A stretch of DNA of 64,000 bases from an uncultured Gemmatimonadales bacterium (GTDB lineage: Bacteria; Gemmatimonadota; Gemmatimonadetes; Gemmatimonadales; Gemmatimonadaceae): contig CAWKMU010000003.1 in the NCBI GenBank assembly GCA_963850905.1, positions 2,624,001 to 2,688,000 on the forward strand. Direction: 5' to 3'. Position numbers and translations under genes: made by a program. Every line of letters starts with the position of its first letter. Positions within the stretch are counted from its first letter, which is position 1. Of the stretch, positions 35,600 through 50,758 are shown one piece after another. A model generated the notes under the pieces. The model saw only the letters and a program-made list of their open reading frames with translations, did not search any database and had not been told where the DNA came from.

Positions 35600-36602
35600 G
35601 TGGCGCGTGCCGTCGCCAGCGGGACCCGCGCAGACGTGGCCCTCCTGGCGGTCTCCGGACTTCTATCGTTCGCCGCGCTCGCGCTTCCGGCCAACCTGCG
35701 CGACCCGCTGGCGGCGAGCCTGCGGCGAACCTTCATCGCGCCGCTCATCGCCCTCCAACGCGACGCGGAGCTCGGGCGAACGGCCCTGGTTCGGCACGAC
35801 GTCGAGGCGGCCGCACGCGACAGCGTCGTGCTGCGTTCGCTGCTCGTGCCCGAGCTCGAGGCGGAGAACGACCGGCTTGCGGCGGTCCCTGGGCCTCGGG
35901 CACTCACTCGGCTGGGGGTTCGTCCCCGCCGAAGCGCTGCACAGCCGGGCGCTGGGCGAGGAGTTCACGATCACCCTCACCCGAGGCGCTCGAGTCAGGG
36001 GTGCGGCCATTCAGCCCGGTGGTCGCCCCGGAGGGACTCGTCGGCATGGTCGAAACCGTCGATCCGACCATGAGCTTGGCGATCATCTGGGCACACCCCG
36101 ACTTCCGAGTCAGCGCGATGGCCGCCGACGGCAGCGCGTTCGGCATCGTCAACGCGCACACATGAGTTCCAGCCCCGAGCGATACCTCCTCGAGTTGAAC
36201 GGCGTGCAGCTCAGCGCTGCACTCCCGACCGGCACGCCGATCGTGAGCTCCGGCGTCGGTGGCGTCTACCCGCGGGGGATTCCGATCGGCACGGTGATTG
36301 GAGAGCTCAAGACGACGGAAGGATGGGCGCGCACCTACCTCGTGCAGCCGGCCGTGCACCCCTTCGACGTCACGTCGGTCCTCATTCTCGAGCCGAAGCG
36401 GGTGGTCGCGGGGGTGCAGGCCGTCTGGGCCGGGGCCGATTCCGGGCGCCGGCCCGGGACCCTCGCCATTGATTCGGCGACGCGAGGATCGCACGGAGGG
36501 GTCGTCATCCCGCGTGATACCGTGCTGGATGCGCCCGATGACACCACCGACACGACCGACGCCGGTGCGAACCCGCCCGGGGCGGAGAAGCCCCAGCGAT
36601 GA
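35600..36602 (+). CDS. mreC: Rod shape-determining protein MreC; several frameshifts (~35878, ~35995, ~36160)
   Basis: N-terminal TM, ELEAENDRL, SSGVGGVYPRGIPIGTV; lies between mreB and mreD. Confidence 0.88.
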
Positions 36603-37087
36603 CTCCCCTCGGCGTCTTACGCGTCGTCATCGCGTTCTTGATTCTCGTGCTGCTGCATTTCTCGTTGCGGCCCCTCCTGGCATGGCACGCCGAGATCGAC
36701 TTCTTGCTCATTGCCGTGTTGCTAGCCGCGGTCCGGGTTCGGCCCGGCGTGGCCGCGATCATGGGGTTTGTCGTCGGCTTACTCGTCGACTCGCTGACTC
36801 CCGGCGCCTTTGGCGCGGGCGCTCTGGCGATGTCGTGCGTCGCTTTCGCGGCGTCGTGGCTCAAGGCCGTGTTCTTTGCCGACAACCTGGCGCTCAACGG
36901 GTTCTTTTTCTTTGCCGGTCGCTGGGCGTACGCGATCATCTACGTGTTGGCCGAGCACCAGCGCAGTGGCGTCGACCTCGCGCAGGAGATCTTTGTGTGG
37001 GCGCCTTTGTCGGGTGCCGTCACGGCTGCGGCGGGCGTTATCCTGCTCGTCATGATGCGTCCGCTGTTGGAGCCAGCCGGAGCATGA
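36599..37087 (+). CDS. mreD: Rod shape-determining protein MreD
   Basis: Hydrophobic, GFVVGLLVDSL; operon position. Confidence 0.88.
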   Translation: MTPLGVLRVVIAFLILVLLHFSLRPLLAWHAEIDFLLIAVLLAAVRVRPGVAAIMGFVVGLLVDSLTPGAFGAGALAMSCVAFAASWLKAVFFADNLALNGFFFFAGRWAYAIIYVLAEHQRSGVDLAQEIFVWAPLSGAVTAAAGVILLVMMRPLLEPAGA

Positions 37088-37092
37088 ACGGT

Positions 37093-37133
37093 CGGGTTCC
37101 GGGTTCCGGGTTCCGGGTTCCGGGAACGGCAAC
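37093..37133 (+). repeat. (CCGGGTT)n heptamer tandem ending GGGAACGGCAAC
   Basis: cgggttccgggttccgggttccgggttccgggaacggcaac. Confidence 0.85.
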
Positions 37134-37164
37134 CACCGTCCCGACTCCACCGAATGATTGGCCG

Positions 37165-37187
37165 GTAGGGGCGACGCCTGCGTCGCC
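37165..37187 (+). repeat. GTAG-family REP
   Basis: GTAG-GGGCGACGC-ct-GCGTCGCC. Confidence 0.78.
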
Positions 37188-37205
37188 GGCCGGGGCATAA
37201 GGCAG

Positions 37206-38985
37206 ATGAGCTTTCACCCGAACGACGTCGCGAAGCGTGCACAGGTGGCCACGACCGGCCTCTTCGTCGGGTTCTGCCTGCTGCTCGGTGCCTTCTTTCG
37301 AACGCAGGTCCTGCAGAACGCGCAATACGTGCTGCAGAGCGAGACCAACCGTCTGCGCGAAGTACCGCTCCCGGCTCCGCGCGGCATTATTTACGACCGG
37401 GACGGGCGGGTAATCGCCGAGAATGTCCCGGGCTACTCGGTGTCCGTGTTGGCACCGACTGCGGACTCGCTCACGGCGATGCTCCACCGGGTCAGCGAGA
37501 CGATCCCACTCTCCAACGACCAGATCGAGTTGGCGGTCCGTCGATACCGCAGGGCGCCCAATCGCCCGACGGCGGTGCTGGCGGACGCATCATTCGACAT
37601 CGTCTCGGTGTTGGAAGAGCACCGCGTCGAGTTCCCCGGGCTCATCATCCAGTCGGCACCCAAGCGACACTACCCCGACGGCGCTGCGGTGGCATCGTTC
37701 GTCGGCTACACCGGTGAAATCACCGAGAGTGAGCTCGCGTCACGCACCTACCGCGGCTACAAGGCTGGGCAGCAGGTCGGCAAGGGCGGCCTGGAACGCG
37801 AATACGAGGACAGCTTGCGCGGACGGGAAGGGACCCGATTCGTCGAAGTCGACGCGCGCGGCCGTGTGGTTCGCGATGCTGGCGCGCGAGCGGACATCCC
37901 CGCCGTAGCGGCCGATCCGCTCTACACCAGTATCGATCTCGATCTCCAGCGGTTCACCGCGTCGCTGTTCGGGGACTCGCTCCAGGGAGGCGCGATCGCG
38001 CTCGATCCCAACACGGGCGAGGTGCTCGCGCTCCACAGCGCGCCCGCCTACGATCCGAATCGCTTCATCGGTGGCATCCCGGCTGACTACTGGCGGATGC
38101 TGAACACCGACCCGCGGCGTCCCCTGTACAACAAGGTGATCCAGGCGCGATATCCCCCCGGGTCCACCTGGAAGCTCGCGACGGCGACGTATGCGCTCGA
38201 GAATGGCATTGCGACGCTCGACGACCATATGCCGGTCGCCGTGCACGGGGGGCTTCCAGTTCGGCAATCGGTATTTCCATTGCTGGGATCCGCACGGGCA
38301 CGGCGATATCAACCTGGCGCGAGCGATCGAAGTGTCGTGCGACGTCTTCTTCTATCAACTCGGGCTCAAGATCGGGATCGAGCGGCTGGTCGCCGGCGGT
38401 GTGAGCCTGGGCTTCCGAGACCGGACGGGGATCGATCTGCCGAACGAGTCGGCGCCCCTCTTCCCGTATTCGGAAGACTACTACAACAAGCGCTTCGGCC
38501 CGCGCGGCTGGAATCAGTCGGTGGTGCTCAACCTCGCCATCGGCCAGGGAGAGAACGCCCAGACCGTGGCCAGCATGGCGCGCTTCTACACCGCGCTCGC
38601 CACTGATGGCGAGGAGGCGCGGCCGACGATCGCCCGCCGCCCGCAGCCCGCACGGACGCGGATTTTCCAACTGACGGCCGCGCAGATGGCGGGTATTCGT
38701 CGCGCGCTGGTCGGCGTCGTGTCCAGCACGGGTGGCACGGCGCGGGGCGAGCAGGTCCAGGGCCTCGTCATTGCTGGGAAGACGGGCTCCGCGCAGAACC
38801 CCGATGATCCCACCAAGACCCATTCGTGGTTCGTGGGCTTTGCGCCGGCCGATCATCCGAAGATCGTCGTGGCGGTGCTGCTGGAGTTCGGCGGACACGG
38901 CGGCCACGCAGCGCGCCTCGCCGCCGCGATCATCGCGCACTACCTCAAGGTGGCGCCGGCGAGTCTGCCGGCGACCGAGGGCTGA
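37206..38985 (+). CDS. mrdA: Penicillin-binding protein 2; frameshift ~38238
   Basis: APRGIIYDRDG, STWK (SxxK), SCD (SxN variant), KTG. Confidence 0.93.
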
Positions 38986-40236
38986 TGCAGCGCAAAGTCA
39001 TTGCGGACTTCCCGCTCGTCGCCCTGGCGCTCCTGCTCTCGGTCTTCGGCATCCTGATGGTCTATTCCGCGGGGCAGACCGACGTGCCAACGGTCGTCGC
39101 GCGCCTGTGGCGATCGCAGATCATCTGGCTCGGCGATATCGCTCGTCGCCGCGCTGCTCGTCACCCGCGCGTCCGTGCGTTTCCTCGAGTGGGTGGCCTG
39201 GCCGTCGTACCTGGTCACGCTGATCGTGCTGGCATCGCTCTTCGTGCTGGGCAGCGGGGCTGGCGACGCGGCCAGCTCGCGCAGCTGGCTGACGATTGGC
39301 GGGCATCGGATCGGCCAGCCGTCGGAGGTGGCGAAGATCACGGTCGTCCTGATGCTCGCCCGCGTGCTCGCAAGCTCGCGCGAGGCACCCAAGCTCCTGG
39401 TCGAGCTTTGGCAGCCGGTCGCGGTCGTCGGCGGTCCCGATCGTGCTCATTCTTGGAGCGGGGGACCTGGGGAGCTGCATCGTGTTCGTCGGCATTCTGT
39501 TCGCGATGCTGTTTTGGGCCGGCGTGCCGTGCGCTGACCCTGGTGCTGTTGGCGAGTCCCATCGTGAGCCTGTCGGTGCATCCAGCACGTGGGTGTGGGG
39601 CGCATGGTTCTTCCTGCTGGTCGTGCTGGTCTGGCGCTACCGACCCTATCTGTCGAAGGCATCGGCGTCGTCCTCGCCAACGTCTTCATGGGTATCATCG
39701 CGCCGATCATCTGGGACCGCAAGCTCAAGCCGTATCAGCGGCAGCGCCTGCTGGTGTTCCTGGATCCGTCCAGCGACCCGCGAGCGTCGGGCTATCACGT
39801 GATCCAGTCGCAGGTCGCGATCGGCTCGGGCGGGTGGCTTGGGAAGGGCTTCACGATGGGGACTCAGAAGCGCCTCGCGTTCCTGCCCGCACAGCACACG
39901 GATTTCATCTTTTCGGTCGTCGGCGAGGAGCTGGGGTTCATCGGCGTCGCCGTGGCGCTGACGCTGTTTCTCGTCCTGTTCATGCGAGCGATCCGGATCG
40001 CCACTCGCGCCAACGACACGTTCAGCAGTCTGGTGGCGTTCGGGCTGGCCGCGAGCTGGTTCGTGCACGTTGGCGAGAACGTCGGCATGACCCTCAACCT
40101 CATGCCGATCACGGGGATCCCGTTGCCGTTCTTCAGCTACGGGGGCTCCTTCATGCTGGCCAGTTGGGTGGCCGTCGGGATCTTGGTCCGCATCTCGGGA
40201 GAGGGGCGGGGACGGGCGGATACCCTGGCAATCTGA
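38985..40236 (+). CDS. rodA: Rod shape-determining protein RodA; about five frameshifts
   Basis: [53 protein letters not shown]. Confidence 0.92.
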
Positions 40237-40261
40237 GCTTCCGCCGGGCACATTTCGGCGA

Positions 40262-41141
40262 ATGTCCTGGTGGCGGAAGGATAAAAAGCCCCGTCGGCCG
40301 CGTCGCGAGAGCGGTGTCGAGCGGCTGGAAATCCCGGCCGATGTCTGGGAAAAGTGCGAGGCCTGTGGCCACACGGATCTGCGGGAGAAGTTCGTCCGCA
40401 ACCTCAACGTGTGCCCTGCCTGCGACAATCATCGTCGCATTCGCGCCCAGGAGTACGCTCGAGTTGCTGCTCGACGAGGGCAGCGCCAAGGAGGTCGAGG
40501 CGGACCTCCGGTCCACCGACCCGCTCGGCTTCCCCGAGTACACAGCGCGGCTGAAAAAGGCCTCATCGAACGCCGGCGATCGCGATGCCCTGCTCGCCGT
40601 CACCGGCATGCTCGACGACATGCCGATCAGCCTGGGCGTCATGGATTTCGCCTTCATGGGCGGGTCGCTGGGATCGGTCGTCGGGGAAAAGATCACGCGC
40701 CTGGGCCAGCGGTCCCTGGAACGCAAGTACCCGCTCGTGCTCGTCTCAGCGTCTGGCGGCGCCCGGATGCAGGAGGGCGTGCTCTCGCTCATGCAGATGG
40801 CGAAGGCATCGGCCATCCTGTCGCAGCTCGCGCGAGCGGCGCGATTCCCTACGTGTCGATCCTGACCAACCCGACGACGGGTGGGGTGAGCGCCAGCTTC
40901 GCCATGCTGGGCGATGCGATCCTGGCCGAGCCGGGTGCACTCATCGGCTTCGCGGGACCGCGGGTGATCAAGCAGACGATGGGCCAGGACCTGCCCGAGG
41001 GGTTCCAGACCGCCGAATTCCTGTTGGAGCATGGGATGCTCGATGACGTCGTGCACCGCCGGCGAGCTCAAGAAAACGGTCGGGCAGCTGCTGCGGCACA
41101 TGAGCGGCAAGCCGGCGCTGACGGGTTGGACGGCACCCTGA
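40262..41141 (+). CDS. accD: Acetyl-CoA carboxylase carboxyltransferase beta subunit; frameshifts ~40458, ~40835, ~41062
   Basis: WEKCEAC...CPAC zinc finger, [44 protein letters not shown]. Confidence 0.93.
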
Positions 41142-41154
41142 GCGCGCTGCGCGC

Positions 41155-41191
41155 GCTAGAGAGTAGAACCACAGAAAGTAGAAAGTAGACG
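41155..41191 (+). repeat. 37-bp (AAAGTAG)-type heptamer element, solo copy
   Basis: gctagagagtagaaccacagaaagtagaaagtagacg; 35/37 identical to the reverse complement of 53870-53906. Confidence 0.85.
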
Positions 41192-41220
41192 ACTGCGTTT
41201 TGCCTCCGCCTTCATCGAGC

Positions 41221-41274
41221 TATCCACCCCACCCTGTCCATTCCTCCTATCCATCCCACCCTGTCCACTCCCCT
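41221..41274 (+). repeat. 27-bp imperfect tandem duplication, pyrimidine-rich
   Basis: tatccaccccaccctgtccattcctcc / tatccatcccaccctgtccactcccct (23/27). Confidence 0.7.
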
Positions 41275-41329
41275 GCGACGACAGAGCGTCCAGCGCCTTG
41301 GCTGTTGAAGTGGCCACCCTGTGTGACCA

Positions 41330-42691
41330 ATGACCGCACCCATCACCAGCGGTGCCGCACTGCCGTATCGAGCGGCGCTGGACTACTTGTTCGCGCGGAC
41401 GACCGGGAAGTGGAAGCTGGGCCTCGAGCGCATGCACGCCCTCCTCGGCGCGATCGATCGGCCCGAAGCGTCGCTGCAGGCGTTCCACGTCGGCGGCACG
41501 AACGGCAAGGGCAGCGTGTGCGCGACGCTCGAGGCGCTGCTGAGGCGCGCCGGCGTGCGGGTCGGGGTGTATAGCTCTCCGCATCTGGTGGACTTTCGCG
41601 AGCGCATTCGGATCGACGGCACGCCTGTGACCGAGGACGCCGTCGTCGACTGGATCGGACGGCGGCTGCCGATCGTGGAAGCGCTCCACGCGACCTTCTT
41701 CGAGGCGACGACCGCAATGGCGTTCGAGATGTTCGCGCGCGCCGGAGTCGACGTATCGGTCGTGGAGGTGGGGCTCGGCGGGCGCCTCGATGCGACCAAC
41801 GTGCTGGATCCACTCGCGGCGGGTGTCGTGTCGATTGGCATCGACCACGTCGAGTATCTGGGCGACACCCGTGAGCAGATCGCATGGGAGAAAGCGGGGA
41901 TCTTCAAGCGCAACCGCCCGGCCGTCATCGGTGAATCCGACGTCGCGATCCGTGCACTCCTCGCCCGGTACGCGCGCGACGCAGGCGCGAGCCCCATCCG
42001 TGATCGTCTCGGACGAGTACCCGACGACGGATGTCGTGGTTGGCGGCCTCGCGCAGGACGCAGGGCCGGCGTTCAGCCCGCCCGCCGGCCTGGAGAGCGC
42101 CGCGGGCACGTCCTTCACCCTGGCGACTCCGTCGGGACGCGCGCGGCTGCACACGCCCTTGGTCGGTGTACACCAGGCGACCAATGCGGCCGTCGCCGTG
42201 GCCATGCTGGACGCGGCGGGCCCGCCGTTCGCACGCGGGCTCACCGACATCGCGGCCGCGATCGAACAGGTGCAGCTCCCGGGGCGTTTCCAGCGGTACG
42301 GTTCCTACATCTTCGATGTGGCGCACAATCCCGGATGGCGCGGCTGTCCTGGTGGAGACGATGCGCGCGGTACGGCCGCCGACACCGGTCGTCGCACGTG
42401 CTCGCCGTGCTGGTGGACAAGGATTGGCGCGGCATGATGGAGCAACTGGCGCCGGTCGTCTCGTGCTTCGTGCTTACCACGGCGCCGACCGCTCCGGCGA
42501 GTCGGGCGTGGGATCCGCGCGCTGCGCAGTCGTTCGCGGAGTCGCACGGATGGGCAGCCGAGGTCGTGCCTGATTTCGACCGTGCGCTCGAGCGCGCGTC
42601 CGAGCTCGGCGCCACCGTGCTGGTGACGGGCTCATTTCACACCGTCGGTGACGCGATGTCGCGCTTGCAGGCGTCTCCGGCGGCCGGGTAA
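41330..42691 (+). CDS. folC: Folylpolyglutamate synthase/dihydrofolate synthase; three internal +1 shifts (~42000, ~42333, ~42398)
   Basis: HVGGTNGKGS, SPHLVDFRERI, EVGLGGRLDATN, EKAGI; PGRF and DVAHNP in alternative frames; VTGSF. Confidence 0.93.
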   Translation: MTAPITSGAALPYRAALDYLFARTTGKWKLGLERMHALLGAIDRPEASLQAFHVGGTNGKGSVCATLEALLRRAGVRVGVYSSPHLVDFRERIRIDGTPVTEDAVVDWIGRRLPIVEALHATFFEATTAMAFEMFARAGVDVSVVEVGLGGRLDATNVLDPLAAGVVSIGIDHVEYLGDTREQIAWEKAGIFKRNRPAVIGESDVAIRALLARYARDAGASPIRDRLGRVPDDGCRGWRPRAGRRAGVQPARRPGERRGHVLHPGDSVGTRAAAHALGRCTPGDQCGRRRGHAGRGGPAVRTRAHRHRGRDRTGAAPGAFPAVRFLHLRCGAQSRMARLSWWRRCARYGRRHRSSHVLAVLVDKDWRGMMEQLAPVVSCFVLTTAPTAPASRAWDPRAAQSFAESHGWAAEVVPDFDRALERASELGATVLVTGSFHTVGDAMSRLQASPAAG

Positions 42692-42701
42692 GTTCCGCGC
42701 C

Positions 42702-46776
<4,075 letters not shown>

Positions 46777-46777
<1 letters not shown>

Positions 46778-47275
46778 TGCGCGTCGGAGTGATGGCCGAC
46801 AGCCACGACCGGCTCCCGGCTGTCGCGGAGCTCCTGCGGCATGATGGCCGAAGCGGGCGTCGGGCTGGTGCTGCATGCGGGCGACTACTGCTCGCCATTC
46901 GCGCTCGGCCCGTTCCGTGACCTCAACATGGCGCTCGCCGGTGTGTTCGGGAACAACGACGGTGACCGGGAAGGCATCAAGGCGTTCGCGGCGATGGGCG
47001 TCGGCGGCGAGCTGTACGAGTCGCCGCACAGCGTCGAGCTGGACGGGAAGCGCGTGCTCATCGTGCACGAGCTGGGCGAGGCGGGCGACTGGTCGGTCGA
47101 ACACCACGCCGTCGTGGTGCATGGGCACACGCATCGCCAAGAGTTGCGGACGCAAGGTGACGCGCTCATCCTGAATCCCGGGCGAAGCGTGTGGGTGGCT
47201 GCACGGGACGCCGACCGCTGCGATCCTCGATCTGGACACCATGCACACCGAATTTCTCGAGCTGACCGGACCTGA
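46777..47275 (+). CDS. YfcE/MJ0936-type metallophosphoesterase; frameshifts ~46840 and ~47185
   Basis: MRVGVMADSHD, LHAGD, GNND, HGHTH, NPG. Confidence 0.88.
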
Positions 47276-47338
47276 ATGGCAGGAGGGCCGCCGGCGGGCG
47301 AGTACGAGCACGCATCCGGAGCGAGGAGCGATCCTGAC

Positions 47339-48899
47339 GTGGCGAGCCGCATTCTGATTCTCGACTACGGGTCGCAGTGGACGCAGCTCATCGCGCGTCG
47401 TGTGCGCGAGGCCCGCGTGTACTCCGAGATCCATCCACCGACGCGGACGGTCGACTGGGTGCGCGAATGGCAACCGACAGGCATCGTGCTGAGTGGCGGC
47501 CCGAACTCCGTCTACGGTGAGGATGTCCCGACCGCGGATCCCAGCGCTCCTGGACATCGCACCGGTGCTCGGGATCTGCTACGGGATGAACCTGATCGCT
47601 CATCTCCAGGGCGGCGTCGTCACTCTGGGGGAGCGACGCGAGTACGGGCGGGCCGAGCTCGAGATCGATGACCCCGTCGGGCATCTTCGCTGGATTCGCG
47701 CAGGACGAGCGCATCACCGTGTGGATGAGCCACGGCGACCAGGTGCGCACGCTCCCGCCGCACTATCGGCTGATCGGGACGAAGCGCGAACTCACCGATC
47801 GCCGCCTTCCGGCACGAGTCCAAGCCGATCTATGGCGTCCAGTTCCATCCCGAGGTGGCGCATACGCCACGGGGCGCCGGAGATCATCGGCAACTTCCTC
47901 TTCACAGTCTGTGGCGCCGAAGCATCCTGGACGCCGAGTGCGTTCATCGAAACCCACGTGAAGGGCGTTGCGACGCGAGTCGGGAGTGCGCGCGCGATCG
48001 CCGGGTTGTCCGGCGGCGTGGACTCAGCCGTCGCAGCGGCGCTCGTGCACCGGGCGATCGGCGATCGGGTGACGTGCATCTTCGTCGACACCGGGCTGCT
48101 GCGACACGGTGAGCGCGAGCAGGTCGAGCGGACGTTTCGGCGGAACCTCAACATTCCGCTGGTGACGGTCGACGCCGAATCGCGCTTCCTCGATGCGTTG
48201 GCCGGCGTCACCGACCCCGAGGAAAAACGGCGCATCATCGGCCACACCTTCATCGACGTCTTCGAGGACGCCGCGAAGGACGTCGAGCGCGCGAGTGGAC
48301 CTCCGGTCGAGTTTCTGGTCCAGGGCACCCTCTATCCCGATGTCATCGAGTCAGTCTCGCCGCGCGGCGGCCCGTCAGTGACGATCAAGACGCATCACAA
48401 CGTGGGCGGACTCAAGCCAGGGATGCAGTTCAAGCTCATCGAGCCGTTGCGCGAGCTGTTCAAGGACGAGGTGCGCAGCGTCGGCCGCGAGCTCGGTCTC
48501 CCCGAGGAGATGGTTGGACGGCATCCCTTCCCGGGGCCCGGCCTCGCGATCCGAGTATTGGGTGCGGTCTCTCGCCCGGAGCTGCAGCGATTGCGGCGCG
48601 CCGACGCGATCTATCTCGAGGAGATTCGCGAAGCGGGGCTGTACGACGCGATCTGGCAGGCGTTCGCCGTGTTTCTCCCCGTCAAGAGCGTCGGCGTCAT
48701 GGGCGACTACCGGAGCTACGACAACGTCGTAGCGCTTCGCGCCGTGACGAGTACTGACGGGATGACCGCCGACTGGTTCCCGTTCCCACCAGAAGTGCTC
48801 GCCCGGATCTCGACTCGGATCATCAACGAAGTCGCGGGGGTCAATCGGGTGGTGTACGACGTGAGCTCGAAACCGCCGGCGACGATCGAGTGGGAGTGA
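47339..48899 (+). CDS. guaA: GMP synthase (glutamine-hydrolysing); several frameshifts in the GATase domain
   Basis: [56 protein letters not shown]. Confidence 0.95.
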
Positions 48900-49149
48900 G
48901 GGGAACGAGGGTCAGGGGAACGGCCACGAAATGCGACGCGGCGGGTAGGGGCGACGCAATGCGTCGCCCGCGGTTGCCCGAACCGTGCACGGTGCCGTGC
49001 GTTCGCGTTCGGGGCGCCCACGAGCCATAGGTCCTGCGGCGGCACCGCAGGGCGACGCATTGCGTCGCCCCTACCAGCCGATCAACCGGTCCCTTGCGGT
49101 CAGCGGTGGTTGGTGCCGTTCCCTAGCTCCTCACCCTACCCCTGATCCC
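48897..49149. repeat. Composite palindrome: degenerate G-rich heptamer arms enclosing two inverted GTAG REPs (48945-48969 +, 49050-49074 -)
   Basis: Left ...ggtcaggggaacggccac; right arm reverse complement gggatcaggggtagggtgaggagctagggaacggcac; both REPs GTAG-GGGCGACGC-aat-GCGTCGCCC. Confidence 0.8.
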
Positions 49150-49159
49150 GCCGTGCGCC

Positions 49160-49612
49160 CTAAACGCCTTTCTCCGCCAACAGCGCCATGAACTGCGACG
49201 GCTCCTTCAGCTCCAGCAGTCGCTGCGGAACATCCTGCTCCTTGCTGAACTGCGCGATTTTGCCGAGCACCGGGAGATACTGATTGGAGACCTCGAGCGG
49301 AGGGGCGACGATCAAGAAGAAGAAGTACACCGGCTTCTCGTCGATCGCTTTGAAGTCGATCCCGTCGGGTTTGCGTCCAAACGCCACGCGCAACTTGTTC
49401 ACCACGAGGGAGCGACAGTGCGGGATCGCGATGCCTCGACCAATACCGGTCGAGCCCAGGTTCTCGCGTCGCTTCAGCATCTTGAAGAGCATCCCGTCCG
49501 ACTTGTCGTCCAACTTCAGCAGGCCAATGAGTTCCCGCAGGATGTCGTCTTTGGTCGTGCCTTCGAGATTCAGCTTGACGGCGTCTTCTGAAAAGAACTC
49601 GCGTAGCTCCAT
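49160..49612 (-). CDS. PTS IIA domain protein (nitrogen/fructose type)
   Basis: RENLGSTGIGRGIAIPHCR phospho-His motif; DFKAIDEKPV. Confidence 0.92.
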   Translation of the reverse strand: MELREFFSEDAVKLNLEGTTKDDILRELIGLLKLDDKSDGMLFKMLKRRENLGSTGIGRGIAIPHCRSLVVNKLRVAFGRKPDGIDFKAIDEKPVYFFFLIVAPPLEVSNQYLPVLGKIAQFSKEQDVPQRLLELKEPSQFMALLAEKGV

Positions 49613-49710
49613 GCAGCCTCGCGGAGGTCGTGTAGGGCCTGCGTAGCGGCGTCGAGGTCGACGCGACCGCGAAAGCTATGAAGGGCTGCAAGTTGTGTCA
49701 AATCTTTACG

Positions 49711-49739
49711 TTGCACGCTTTTCCGGCGGCCGTTAAGAT
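49711..49739 (+). promoter_or_regulatory. Sigma70-type promoter of dusB (probably leaderless or near-leaderless)
   Basis: TTGCAC-N17-TAAGAT; ATG 8 nt downstream. Confidence 0.6.
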
Positions 49740-49747
49740 TGAGCCAT

Positions 49748-50758
49748 ATGCCGTTCCCGTACCCCGTTGGGTCGCGCATCCCGCTGTTCCTGGCCCCCAT
49801 GGCTGGGGTGTCGGAGTCACCGTTCCGCCGCCTCTGCCGCAGCTTTGGCGCGGACGTGGTCGTGACCGAATTCCTGTCGGCCGAGGGCATCCGCCGGGAG
49901 AACGACGCGACCCTGTCCAAGCTTCGGTTCGGTACGGATGAACGTCCCATCGGCGTGCAGATCTTCGGCGCCGATCCGCAGGGCATGGGCGAGGCCGCGG
50001 CCATCGTGACGGACGTGTTTGCCCCCGAGTTCATCGACATCAACTTCGGGTGCCCCGTCAAGAAGGTCGTCAAGCGAAATGGCGGGTCGGGGTGCCTCAA
50101 GGATCTCGACCTCGTCGAATCGGTCATCCGCACGGTCGTCTCGCACACGCACCTCCCCGTGACAGTCAAGATTCGGAGCGGGTGGAGTGAGGAGATGCGT
50201 GATCCGGTGTCGATCGCGCGTCGCTGCGAGGACGCTGGCGCTCGCGCGTTGACGTTGCATCCGCGTACGCGCGCGCAGATGTACTCCGGCGATGCGCGCT
50301 GGGACGAGATCGCCGCCGTCGTTGATGCGCTCGAGATTCCTGTGATTGGCAACGGCGATATCAAGACGCCCCAGGACGCGGCGCGCATGCAAGCGGAGAC
50401 CGGATGCGCCGGCGTCATGGTGGCGCGCGGCTCGTTTGGCCAGCCGTGGATCTTTACCCAGGCACGTGCGCTGCTGGATGGTCTGCCAGTGCCGCCAACC
50501 CCGCCCGTGGCCGAGCGTTTCGCAGTGGCCCTGCGCCACGCCGCGATGGCAGCCAGCTACGAGCCCGACCCGCGTGGGGCGGCGATCGAATTCCGCAAGC
50601 ACCTCGGCTGGTACGTGAAAGGACTGCCCGGGTCCGCCGACTTGCGGCGCCGGCTTCACGCCGTCGAGTCGCTCGGTGAAGTCGAAGGCTTGTTCGCGGA
50701 TTATCTGGCGCATGTCGACGAATACGCCGAGGCAGACGCGGTCCTGAGCGCGACGTGA
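49748..50758 (+). CDS. dusB: tRNA-dihydrouridine synthase B
   Basis: LAPMAGV, DINFGCPVKKV, VTVKIRSGW, LHPRT, GNGDI, RKHLGWY. Confidence 0.93.
   Translation: MPFPYPVGSRIPLFLAPMAGVSESPFRRLCRSFGADVVVTEFLSAEGIRRENDATLSKLRFGTDERPIGVQIFGADPQGMGEAAAIVTDVFAPEFIDINFGCPVKKVVKRNGGSGCLKDLDLVESVIRTVVSHTHLPVTVKIRSGWSEEMRDPVSIARRCEDAGARALTLHPRTRAQMYSGDARWDEIAAVVDALEIPVIGNGDIKTPQDAARMQAETGCAGVMVARGSFGQPWIFTQARALLDGLPVPPTPPVAERFAVALRHAAMAASYEPDPRGAAIEFRKHLGWYVKGLPGSADLRRRLHAVESLGEVEGLFADYLAHVDEYAEADAVLSAT

Noticed and set aside
38826..40865. Apparent 679-aa RodA-AccD fusion ORF
   Set aside because: Mosaic of short in-frame pieces joined by off-frame sequence caused by indels.
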